DNA of 64,000 bases from Acidobacteriota bacterium (GCA_963664705.1 OY761556.1:1920001-1984000); one strand, 5' to 3'. Positions 9,867-19,357 are shown, numbered from the stretch's first letter. The notes: generated by a model not told the origin, from the sequence alone. Program-made: numbers and translations.

Positions 9867-12065
9867 TCACTCAACACCAAAAACAGCATTGCGTTGAACT
9901 ATTTGATTCGACCTGCTTTCTTTGACGGTGACACGCAATTCATAGATGCCTGGATCCAAACTGCTGAGATCCATATCATCGTGAACCTCAAACCATCCTT
10001 TGCTATCGACCTTTGTCTCGTCCTCGAAGATTGCAAGCCAAGGCTCAGCCTTGACCGCCTTTCCTCCCTTTAGCAACTCACGCATGAACACTATTTCCGC
10101 ATCCTGTGAGGTAGTCTTTCCTGGATGTATGCGGAAGGAATATTCGCAGAATATGTCTCGCCCATATAAAGGGATCCCTTGGGCTATTTTGATTTGCTCA
10201 AGGTCCCTCTTATCATCTTCACCTAACTCAGAATTCTTATTAAGTGGATTTCGTAAGATAATGCTGCTCATGTCAAATTTTTGATTCTCAGGCTCTCGTA
10301 CGTCAACCCAGGCGGTGGCGGTACCAAATTTATCGGTTCCTTCTTCCCGAATCCCGATGCGTGCTTGATAAACGCCCGGTTTAAGAAGCAGCCTTCGCGA
10401 AAAACGGTATCCATTATTCTCGGCTTGCGACACACGTTCTGGCGTCAGTTTCCCGTTCACGGTTGCTGAGATCGCTTCCACCTGCTTAGATTCAGCATCA
10501 TAGATATAGCTAATAATTTCAAATCCGATATTTGCAGTCTGCCTTTGTTCCGTTTGTGTGGATTTGTACCCTTCAAAATCGATTGTCAGGGTCACATTCT
10601 TGTCATCGGACTGGTTTGTCATGAACTCTGATGTTGCCGAAACATTCAATTGATTTAGAGAGTATCCAGCATTAATGGAATTAATTAGGCGTTGATGCGG
10701 CGAAATTACAGCCTCACTTTCAGATTTGCTTTTTAACGCAGAGGGATAGAACCCGCGGGCCGTTTGGACCGCATATTCGGGATGATTTCGAACCCGCAAC
10801 CTTATTTTTCTGAATTTTTGACCGTTGTCGTTGGCTTGCAAATAATAGGCAAGAACATAGTAGTACCGATTTGCGTCTAGAGCCTCATCAACCAATCGAT
10901 CAATGTTATTCGTTGCACCAAACAGTTTTCCGCCAGTTTCCTGTGCAATTTGCGAGAGTCCATTCAATTCTTCGCGTTCGGATAAGCTCATAATCCTATT
11001 TATTTGTCCAGGGTCTGGTGCCTCGCAACGAGGCTCTGTTGTGCCATTACAATTTGTTTCGACGCTATCTGGGGTAGAAGACGATCTATTCTTTCCTGCG
11101 TCAACAGTTGGTGGAATCTGTAGGCCCTTCGCATCAATGGCATAGACCGCCACTCCTGATTTTACAGCGAGGTCGATAATCGGTCGAAGTTGATCAGAAT
11201 GAGTACCGGAGTCGTTGTCATAAAGGGTAAACCCGTCCGAAAAGATGATTATCATCTTTTTCCCCGGCAGATTGATCATTTGTTCTGAAAAATCCCTAAT
11301 AGCAGAAACGGTACTTTTGCGATAAAAGGATTGTTCGGAAAGCACCTGCAAAGCTCTATTGCGTGCAAGCGTCCGTAGCATGCAGCAGTCCCTGAGGTTT
11401 TGCTCACCCCTTATAAGATCTATCGCTAGTCTGTAGTCATCCACTTGGTTTGCAAGAACTCCGGCTGCCAGGAGAGGCGTAAATGCTTTTTCAGAGCCGA
11501 TTGGACCTAGACGAATTTGCTCAATAGCATAATTGAGCAGTTTTTTATCTTGCGTAAACTGCTGGGCGATTCCGAGGGTCTGACCGCTGGTTGCTATTGC
11601 AGCCATGTCTCGGTCAGTCATCCTAACAGATGTGAAATGTCTCAGAGCTTCCTTCACGCGATTGAGACTTGAGATTGATAAATGCAGAGTATCAACAAAA
11701 AGTAACGTACTCCTGTCGGGAGTTTGGCTCTGCTCTTTTTGTGTGACATGGCCCAAGCGCGGTTCATTTTCAACGCTACCTTGCTTTTTTTGATTATCAT
11801 CCAGCCTGGAGATGTTAAAGAAACTGATCTCCTGCGGTTTTTCATCTTCATATAACTCAAAGTCTTCCTTTTTGAGATTTTCAACCACATGGCCTGAACG
11901 ATCCAGAACAACTGTACGCAACTGCATAAGTTCTGTTTTGGTCTTGATCAGCAACCCTTCTTGCTTCTCTATGGAGCCGTTCTGTGCTGCCGTCTCCCTG
12001 GTTTCATATTGCATAGCTACAAAAAGTGCTAAACCCAGAGTACAGAGGATACGATAGTTGATCAC
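9867..12065 (-). CDS. Large exported VWA domain protein (island cargo)
   Basis: GTG start after GGAGGGG; signal peptide; V.DRSG..VENLKKEDF.LYED, FVDTLH, GKK.II.FSDGF, VYAIDAKGL, ETGG, YYVLAY. Confidence 0.85.
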   Translation of the reverse strand: MINYRILCTLGLALFVAMQYETRETAAQNGSIEKQEGLLIKTKTELMQLRTVVLDRSGHVVENLKKEDFELYEDEKPQEISFFNISRLDDNQKKQGSVENEPRLGHVTQKEQSQTPDRSTLLFVDTLHLSISSLNRVKEALRHFTSVRMTDRDMAAIATSGQTLGIAQQFTQDKKLLNYAIEQIRLGPIGSEKAFTPLLAAGVLANQVDDYRLAIDLIRGEQNLRDCCMLRTLARNRALQVLSEQSFYRKSTVSAIRDFSEQMINLPGKKMIIIFSDGFTLYDNDSGTHSDQLRPIIDLAVKSGVAVYAIDAKGLQIPPTVDAGKNRSSSTPDSVETNCNGTTEPRCEAPDPGQINRIMSLSEREELNGLSQIAQETGGKLFGATNNIDRLVDEALDANRYYYVLAYYLQANDNGQKFRKIRLRVRNHPEYAVQTARGFYPSALKSKSESEAVISPHQRLINSINAGYSLNQLNVSATSEFMTNQSDDKNVTLTIDFEGYKSTQTEQRQTANIGFEIISYIYDAESKQVEAISATVNGKLTPERVSQAENNGYRFSRRLLLKPGVYQARIGIREEGTDKFGTATAWVDVREPENQKFDMSSIILRNPLNKNSELGEDDKRDLEQIKIAQGIPLYGRDIFCEYSFRIHPGKTTSQDAEIVFMRELLKGGKAVKAEPWLAIFEDETKVDSKGWFEVHDDMDLSSLDPGIYELRVTVKESRSNQIVQRNAVFGVE

Positions 12066-12185
12066 ACTCTTTCCCCTCCAAAGAAAACAACTTGCGGCAA
12101 CGCAGTTCAAAGCTTAGAGTATTCTTAAATTGAGATTCAAAAGACAAGCTGTAAGTTCAAAGAAACTCAAAAAGGGGGATATAAA

Positions 12186-13160
12186 ATGTTTGTCAAATCA
12201 AGCATGTGCTTGTTTTTCTTTATCATGCTTATTTGTCAGCTTGTTATGACGAATGCCCCTGCACAAAACCTGCCAACCGGTAACCTTTCGCGGCTTTCGC
12301 AAGCTCGAGCATTGACCGCTCCTGAAAAACAAATGCAGGTGCTTCCTAAAGATAAGACCGTTGTCGACATGGATTCTAAAGAGTTGCACCGATATTTCCC
12401 GTCCGAGCTCCGACGAGTAACCTTCGACCTGAACCAGGACGTATTAAGCTCAATAATGGAAAAAACGGGAGAATGCGTGCAAGCGTTCTTCAAAGATTTT
12501 GCAAACACATCCTCAAAAGAGGCTGTTTACCTGGAAAAGCCGGGGAATAGCGGCAGCACTAGTCGTGAATTCAGCTACTTGATTGTTTATCATCCTGATG
12601 CGAACAAGCCATTACTTGAGGAATATAGGACCGATAAACAAAATCATCCGATTGCTCAGAAGGCACTAAAAGATGTTTTTATAACGTCCGGTTACTTGGG
12701 ACTCAGTTTAAATTTTCATCCTGCGTATCAGCAATATTCTCGTTTCAGGTATTTGGGAACTCAGGCATCCGATCCTCATGCTCTTATCATTGCCTTTGCC
12801 CAGAAGCCAGAAATGAGAGATCTGCAAATCGAATACACTGATACCAATACTGGAAACAGGTTCCGTCTTCCAATACAGGGAATTGCATGGATAGATCCAA
12901 GCTCTTTTCAAATATTGCGTTTGCGCACAAACCTCCTGGGCATGGGAAATCAATCCTTCATTTCGGAACAAAGCACCGATATTAAGCTCGGCGCAGTCCG
13001 CTTTGAGGAAAATCAGAAGCAGTTATGGCTACCACGCGAAGTTATGGTTATGACTCAAATCTCCGGTTATGTTTTTCGAAATCAGCACCGCTATTCTGAC
13101 TACAAATTGTTTGCTGTTGATAGCGACTTCACAATTGACAAGACAAAGCCAGGCAAATAG
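12186..13160 (+). CDS. Exported hypothetical protein (island cargo)
   Basis: RBS GGGGGA; signal peptide; C-terminal G.AWIDP..FQILR ... LWLPRE ... HRYSDYKLF, a pattern I associate with Acidobacterial exported proteins. Confidence 0.8.
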   Translation: MFVKSSMCLFFFIMLICQLVMTNAPAQNLPTGNLSRLSQARALTAPEKQMQVLPKDKTVVDMDSKELHRYFPSELRRVTFDLNQDVLSSIMEKTGECVQAFFKDFANTSSKEAVYLEKPGNSGSTSREFSYLIVYHPDANKPLLEEYRTDKQNHPIAQKALKDVFITSGYLGLSLNFHPAYQQYSRFRYLGTQASDPHALIIAFAQKPEMRDLQIEYTDTNTGNRFRLPIQGIAWIDPSSFQILRLRTNLLGMGNQSFISEQSTDIKLGAVRFEENQKQLWLPREVMVMTQISGYVFRNQHRYSDYKLFAVDSDFTIDKTKPGK

Positions 13161-13209
13161 GACTGCATTAAGACATCAAGATCCCGGAAACGGCTACATA
13201 GCAAATTAC

Positions 13210-14316
13210 TCATCTAGACATTGAAAAGGCATCCAGACGCACTGCTGCATCCCTGAGATCGCCCTCGGACACGATGTTGTATCTCTCAAACACGGATCTT
13301 GTTTTGTGGCCGGTCATCTTCATCGCAACTCCTTCCGGCACTCCTGCTCTGACTAGGTTTCGGACAGCTGTCCTCCGGAAGTCATGCACCAGGCGGCCGG
13401 GGACTCCCGCCGCTTTGCACGCAGCTTCCCAGCTATGTTTGAAGTCGACGAATGGTCTGCCTTTCCGAACCCCTTTGGTATAGAAGAAGACCCAAGGCGT
13501 GATGATCCCTTTTTCCTTGAGGCCATCTGCCCGAGTCCTCTGCAGATTCAAGACGGCCTCGAGTTCATCAGTGAAAGGGAAGACTCGTCCCTTCCGGTTT
13601 TTTGTGGTGCCGACATCTAGGATTACGACCCGTGCCTCGAAATCGACCTGGCGCCACTGCAGTTTGAGGATCTCATTCTTGCGCCATCCGGTGACATAGG
13701 CAAACCTTGCCACCGGCTCAATGCGGCTGCGAACCTCTTTGCCGCCGCTAACATCAGGAAGATGCTTTAGGACGGCTTGGAACTGGTCAAGTTCGAAAAA
13801 ACCGGTCCTCACGTTGTCCTCCTTGAGCATGGTTATGTGAGGCCGGTCCGAGACTATGCGTTTCTGGATGCCAAGGGAGAAGGCGCGCTTGATCGTAGCT
13901 AGTTCGCGATTGATGCTTGCATTGCTGGATCCCTCTTCTCTCCGCTGCAGGATGTAGTCGTCAATGGTGGTCTCGGTGATCTGCGTGACCTTCATCTTCC
14001 CAAAGAATGGAATAATGTGAAGCCTATGCCGCAACTCAATGTCAGCAGCAGACCGATAGCCATTCAGTTCGTAGTCCTTCTCGACGAGCGAAGCCAGTTC
14101 AGAGAATATGACCTTGCGCTCAAGGCTCTTTGTCGGACGTCGCTTCGTCGCCTCTCCCTCACGTTGCTTCAAGTACTCTTTTGCTTCCGCGTAGTCTGCC
14201 GTCCCCGCAGTCTCGCGGATGACGCGACCGTGTGAGTAGTACTTGATCCACCATATGGCCAAAGTCCGCTTTTTGCCATCCTTGTCTTTGAATGTTCGTC
14301 TGAACACACTTCCCAC
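13210..14316 (-). CDS. Tyrosine recombinase / phage integrase
   Basis: GTG start after AAGGAG (MGSVFRR...). Catalytic R (GWRKNE), K (TTKN), HxxR (HDFRR), H (GHKT) and Y (ERYN) are all present. Confidence 0.96.
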   Translation of the reverse strand: MGSVFRRTFKDKDGKKRTLAIWWIKYYSHGRVIRETAGTADYAEAKEYLKQREGEATKRRPTKSLERKVIFSELASLVEKDYELNGYRSAADIELRHRLHIIPFFGKMKVTQITETTIDDYILQRREEGSSNASINRELATIKRAFSLGIQKRIVSDRPHITMLKEDNVRTGFFELDQFQAVLKHLPDVSGGKEVRSRIEPVARFAYVTGWRKNEILKLQWRQVDFEARVVILDVGTTKNRKGRVFPFTDELEAVLNLQRTRADGLKEKGIITPWVFFYTKGVRKGRPFVDFKHSWEAACKAAGVPGRLVHDFRRTAVRNLVRAGVPEGVAMKMTGHKTRSVFERYNIVSEGDLRDAAVRLDAFSMSR

Positions 14317-14720
14317 GTGGGTCTCCTTTATTTTCAAGGTGGATTTAATGGGATTCGATATTAGAATCGAGGGAGCCATGTTTCCTTCCACCAAGGAGTC
14401 ATGGTTAGGGGCTCACCTGGCGCTCAGAACGCCAAGTAGCCCCGTAGCGCGAATTATGTCGTGTTGCTTTCTGCAAACCTGCTCTAAAACGGCCCAGGGC
14501 GCGTGAAGTCCCGAGGGCAGTGGCGGGCCAACTCGTAGAATTGACCCGCCCGTTGCAGGGTTCCTGCTCTGCACAGTCGGCGCATGGCTGAATGCGATCG
14601 CCGAAGCCGCATCTGGGATCGTCCCGCCCCAACATCGGAAAGAACGGAACACCGCCCAGCCCGGAAGAACATCTGTGGCGGACCCCGATGTGTCGTCGGA
14701 GCCCGCCTTGGGCACTTTTC

Positions 14721-16034
14721 TTATCGCTTGCCGAGGACCACGCACCAACTGAGCGAGTCGCCATTTTTCGGAGTTATCGCAGCGTTCCACGTTCCTTTGC
14801 CGTCAACCCGCATGATCGCGCGATAGGCCTTTTGGTCCTGTTGCCAGCCAACATGTATTGAGGTATCGAGCGTGACCTCGCGCCGCATGCCGACTGCGTA
14901 CTGGGTAAAGTCGACCAGCGCGATATCGCCCTCAGAACCGAGCGCAGGCGCCTTCTCCGTGAAAACACAGGGCCTCGTCAGGATTGAGAATTGACCATTG
15001 CTTTGCGAGAGAACCGGAACAGGCGCACCGGCATCTCCGATCACTTGATAAAGCTGGAGCAGCTGCGGGATACACGTTGAGTTCGCGAGCCAGATGCTGT
15101 TGGCCAGGCACTGCGGAGCAAGTCTGGCAAACATCTTGGTGAGATTGATGTAGTTGATGGTTGCGGCATTTTGATTCTGCTCTTTCGCGACGACAATTCG
15201 CGCCGGATCGCGGAGTGCGCCAAGCGGCTGGCCGGCTCCGGATCCGTTCAAAAAGCTATGATCAAGAGCCCAGCCGAGGGTTTTGGTCATTGCGGCATTG
15301 ATCTGAGCCTCGAAGCCCAGGCCATCCTGAACCAGCTCATTGGACGCGCGGCAGAACGCGGCCAACTTGTTCGCCTTCAGGCCGAGCAGGAGGAGTTTCC
15401 CGGTGACGTCAGCAGCCTCGCCGTTCTCGGGCAACCACTGCGCTGATATTCCGCCGAACAGGGAATTCGAATGGTCTTTGCTGTCCCATCCCGGGATCTT
15501 CTTGGTGTCGGACGTCATGGGCCAAATCTGGCATCGCGATCTAACGATTTCGTCCTCGAGCGACGAGTCGAGCCAGGTTGCGCTCAATTCTTACGGAACG
15601 GCATAGCCACCCAAAGCGTCATTGCCTTCCTGTTGAACTGATGCTTGGATAAGCCGCTCGTCAAATCTGCCAGAACTGACGGCCGCCAGGAACTCATTCC
15701 CATCGCGGAATGCGGATCCCCTGATCGTGCCGAACATTGCGGAGAACGTGCGTCCCGTAGCCGGACCCTTAAACTCCTGGCTCAGATCGACCTTGTAGAA
15801 GTGGCCGTTGACGTCCTGCCGGTACTTGACCACGGGAGTTGCTTGGCGTTCGCGTTCCATCTCCTCCTCCCACGCAGTGATTGCCTCCTCATTCCGGGCT
15901 CGCGCCGCGTGCAGCTCGTCGATCTTCGCCTTCTGGTCGGCGGTGAGCGTTTCGCCCGCGCCTGCGAGAATCTGGGAGATCTGATTTTTAATGACAAGAC
16001 GCCGTTGTCTTAGGTCCTTGATGTTTGCCGTCAT
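14721..16034 (-). pseudogene. HK97-family phage major capsid protein interrupted by an in-frame TAA (15593-15591)
   Basis: The 147-aa and 288-aa ORFs share one frame and read ...GGYAVP*ELSATWLD.... N-terminal coiled-coil delta domain; W..E, KL.A....SNEL..D, FLNGSG.GQP.G, GDI.L.DF..Y, RVDG motifs. Confidence 0.88.
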
Positions 16035-16244
16035 AACTAAGTCCTTTCACGCCCGCATAGGCATATTTATATATTGTGAGTTGTTGGATTTATCACTGCG
16101 TGGCGGGCGGACAGGTCTCAACGGAGCCTGTGCCAGTCGTTGCACTCGGGCAGATCGTGGCGTCTACGGACCCACTCGCTGCGAGTGCCTTAAGCTGTGC
16201 TTATCCTAACATAAGAATAAATTCTAATTGAACTATAAAATGTA

Positions 16245-16466
16245 TTAATTCATAGAATTTCTTTCCTCGACCTTTTTTGCCACGACAGCCGGGAGTCCAG
16301 CTATCACCTGCTTAACACCGAGGAAGAGCCTGCCGCATGCTTTCCAGTTCCCAGCCTCAATAAAGCGGCGGAATGCGTCCGCCAGCAACACTGGGATCGC
16401 CTCCTCCTCGGGCACTTCCAACCCATCGTCATTGCCGTCCTCAATTCGCATGTCGATCATCCCCAA
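16245..16466 (-). CDS. Small hypothetical protein (island)
   Basis: 73-aa ORF co-oriented with the island backbone; no recognisable motif. Confidence 0.5.
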   Translation of the reverse strand: MGMIDMRIEDGNDDGLEVPEEEAIPVLLADAFRRFIEAGNWKACGRLFLGVKQVIAGLPAVVAKKVEERNSMN

Positions 16467-16650
16467 TTAATGTTGTTTTAACCCCGTTTTATGCTCGGGA
16501 TTTTAGGCTGTTTCAGCACTGTTCCGATGCTGCAGGACATTGACTCGATCACCGTAACCGTTTCTGATGCGGATAGATCCCCCGGAATCCGCGTATCCTA
16601 TTCACCGGTGCATCTGAGGCGTAATGCCCATCTGACCCCCCGGTTGCTGA

Positions 16651-16728
16651 TGCGGGAAACTTTCGGGGGCCTTGCGCGCCCGGTCTGCGGCCTTACCTTC
16701 CTAGATATTGCAGGGGCCCTACCGCCCT
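16651..16728 (-). other. Putative cos-like packaging site
   Basis: Minus strand reads GGGCGGTAGGGCCCCTGCAATATCTAGG...GCAGACCGGGCGCGCAAGG...GAAAGTTTCCCGCA. From memory this resembles the G-run / AAATCTCT / GACCG layout found upstream of terS in HK97-like cos phages. Confidence 0.4.
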
Positions 16729-16842
16729 AGTTGGGTAAACAACTCTACGATTGCCGAAACCCTCGTCCTAAACTCCTTCACCGGTTGCCTGACTACCGGA
16801 TCGGTACGATGCTCGTAAAGGTCTCCTTGGATTCCGTCAATG

Positions 16843-17019
16843 GATCGTCTACGGGATCGTCTGCGCTTATATAGAAAAGCATCATAGACAGTCGATTGGA
16901 CGTTACACTTCGTTCCACGTCCATATCGCCTCTCTGTACCCGGCTGATAGTCAATAGATGTAAAAGGCAGTTCAGACGATTTAGTCATTGTAAAGACTCA
17001 TGTTGGATTCGATTGTCTG
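16843..17019. repeat. Iteron-like GATYGTCT repeats around a CTTATATAG core (putative replication origin)
   Basis: gatcgtct at 16843 and 16855; inverted agacagtc (~16886) and agacgatt (~16974); gattgtct (~17011). Located at the 3' end of the helicase gene. Confidence 0.5.
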
Positions 17020-18534
17020 AAGCCTCTCGGACACCTCAGACGGTATGATGCGATACTGCGTCGCCGATCCTTTACCCTTCCTCTCAACCTTTCCAGCATC
17101 GAACAGCCCGGAGAGATGCTTCGCTACCGTAGCCCGTGCAAGCCCTGTGCCCATCGAAATTTCCTTTGGCTGTGCCCAGGAACCGGAAACAAGAGCGAGC
17201 GCGTCCAGCACCTTCTCCTTGTTCTTGTCACCCACGATCTTCATGTTCTTGGCGATTCGCTCGACGTCACCGGCCCATGTGAACTTCGGTCTGCCGGATC
17301 CCTTGGGTGACATGTCAACGAAAAAACTCGGCCGGTCGTCGATGTCCTTGTTCTCGGAATAGACATGGAGCCGTCCCTCCTGCGGGGTTCTCGCAAGGCA
17401 GATCATGAAATCGGCGCAACCATATTTGCCGATGCTGCCCTTGAGGTCGAACGGGTTTGGTTCCTGGCTATCACGCCCGAGGTTCTTGCCGATAGGCTTG
17501 CGGGTGTGGTCGACGCACAGAATCGTTACGCCCAGGTCCCGGTTGACCTCCTCCAGGATGGAAACCATCTTCGCCATGTCTTTCGCGTTCGACTCGTCGA
17601 GGTCCGGAATCATGCGGTTCAGCACGTCGAGGATCAGGAAGTCGAACCCGTTGTCCCGTACCTGGCTCTTCAGCCAGGCCAGGTGCGCGGCATCAGTCAG
17701 GTTCATCCGTTCGCGGACGAGGAAACGAAGTCGGCCTTCGGATGGATAAGGCAGGAGATCTCCATACCCTTTCGTGATTTCCTCAGCACGCTCCTTGAGC
17801 CTATAGACAGGATCTTCGCGAGCTATATAGAGGACACGAGAAGAAGTGACGACATACTTGCCCAGCCAGAGGCGCTGCTGCCGAGGCTGCGCCAGATGAA
17901 ATGCGGCGTCCTCGGCGAGCAGGCTCTTGCCGGTCTTCGGCGCCGCGCTTAGGAACCCTATGCTGCGTTTGGGGACCAGTGGTTCGATTGCCCAATCCGG
18001 AGGAGAGGTGGGCATGGACTTGAGACTTGATGCGTCCAATAGCTGCCAGGAGATTTCCTTGCCTCGGAAAGCTGTGGCCTCGGCGAGCGACTTCGCCAGC
18101 GCCGCCTTCGCTATTTCAACGGAACCGGTCCCACCGATAACTGCCTGAATAAAGGCATTCGCATCTGTGACAGCCCGCCGCATCTGCGCGAGTCGGACAA
18201 CTCGTTCAGCATAGACTCCCACGGCCATTGCGCGTGCTACGCCGTCCGTAAGGCTTACCAGCATTGCAGCCCCGCCGACCCGTTCAAGATCGCCGGTGTC
18301 CTGCAGGTCGGACTTGACCGTCACAAGATCGATTGGGATCCCGGCGCTGGCAAGCCTGAGCATGCTCTTAAGCACAAGCCGAAGAGGCTCCTGATAGAGA
18401 TCAGAGAAGTCGAGCCCGGTGCTCAGAGCCTCTTCCATCTTCTCTGGGGCGACGAGTATCCCGCCGATCAGGCTGCGCTCGGTTTCAGGATCATGAGGGA
18501 GTAGACCGGTGACGGCAGAGTGGGCAGTCGTCAT
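16981..18534 (-). CDS. Replication helicase: DnaB-like N-terminal domain + AAA_25/RepA-type ATPase + C-terminal wHTH
   Basis: PHDPETERSLIGGIL...PIDLVTV...LERVGG (DnaB-N); AAPKTGKS Walker A; FLILD Walker B; DHTRK; C-terminal helix-turn-helix. Confidence 0.88.
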   Translation of the reverse strand: MTTAHSAVTGLLPHDPETERSLIGGILVAPEKMEEALSTGLDFSDLYQEPLRLVLKSMLRLASAGIPIDLVTVKSDLQDTGDLERVGGAAMLVSLTDGVARAMAVGVYAERVVRLAQMRRAVTDANAFIQAVIGGTGSVEIAKAALAKSLAEATAFRGKEISWQLLDASSLKSMPTSPPDWAIEPLVPKRSIGFLSAAPKTGKSLLAEDAAFHLAQPRQQRLWLGKYVVTSSRVLYIAREDPVYRLKERAEEITKGYGDLLPYPSEGRLRFLVRERMNLTDAAHLAWLKSQVRDNGFDFLILDVLNRMIPDLDESNAKDMAKMVSILEEVNRDLGVTILCVDHTRKPIGKNLGRDSQEPNPFDLKGSIGKYGCADFMICLARTPQEGRLHVYSENKDIDDRPSFFVDMSPKGSGRPKFTWAGDVERIAKNMKIVGDKNKEKVLDALALVSGSWAQPKEISMGTGLARATVAKHLSGLFDAGKVERKGKGSATQYRIIPSEVSERLQTIESNMSLYND

Positions 18535-18824
18535 CGGGCCCCCTGCTCAGCTTTAAGCCGTTCGATCAGCTTGTCGCAATCCTCGCGATCAATGAGGAGT
18601 TTGTTCATGGTCCGTTGGCGAGGCCTCGCAATGACCGTCTTGTTCTCACCGCGAATTTTGGCACCGGGCAGTTTGACCGGAGTGAGGATCCCGTCTGCAA
18701 TGTAGTCGCGCACCGACTGCTCGCCTACTGAGAGATAGGCTGCAGCCAAGTGGATGTCCAGCAGCCGCGGCCACGTCAGCATCGTCAAGCCGGCACGGGA
18801 AGATCGGCCGAGACGATCATTCAT
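18531..18824 (-). CDS. Excisionase/AlpA-like HTH (HTH_17) DNA-binding protein
   Basis: PRLLDIHLAAAYLSVGEQSVRDYIADGIL; start and stop overlap both neighbours. Confidence 0.8.
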   Translation of the reverse strand: MNDRLGRSSRAGLTMLTWPRLLDIHLAAAYLSVGEQSVRDYIADGILTPVKLPGAKIRGENKTVIARPRQRTMNKLLIDREDCDKLIERLKAEQGAR

Positions 18825-19050
18825 GGGAACCCTCCCGGAAGAGTTCCGGAAATAAAAACTGGGGATCCGCACTCAGAACCTTGCAGATCTTCTGCGCTTG
18901 TTCATGGGTGGGAAGGGCGCGGCCGGTCTCGAAATAGGAGATATCCGGCTGCTTGAGGCGCACGGCTCGTGCGAGCTGGGACTGGTCTAGTCCCTGCATG
19001 ACTCTTGCTGCACGGAGTCTACGGTTTATCGTAGAACACTGCTTCTTCAT
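18817..19050 (-). CDS. XRE/Cro-type HTH transcriptional regulator
   Basis: LRAARVMQGLDQSQLARAVRLKQPDISYFETGRALP. Confidence 0.88.
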   Translation of the reverse strand: MKKQCSTINRRLRAARVMQGLDQSQLARAVRLKQPDISYFETGRALPTHEQAQKICKVLSADPQFLFPELFREGSHE

Positions 19051-19357
19051 GGTACTTCACGGTCTCCAAACAAAACCCAGTTGGCGGAGCATGCGCGAGC
19101 GAGGCATGCAACGCCGGGGCTTAATTTATCAGGCCGCGAAGAACCGATCGCGGCGGCTATTGTGGAAAGTTGCTTAAAGCCGCATAAAAGCGAACCAGGC
19201 GGGAATGCACTGGAAGGATTCTAACCTTTTTGTTCAGTGTAAAGCGGATTCCATAATATATCTTGCGATATGGATGTCCAGAACTTTTTGGGCCGGGACC
19301 AACCATCGACACTCCGGGAAAGAGAGAAGTCCATGCCGTAATTATCTAACTTCCTAT

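Noticed and set aside
14405-14861. Overlapping short ORFs between capsid and integrase
   Set aside because: Several conflicting frames, no recognisable motifs or RBS; better explained as structured non-coding sequence.
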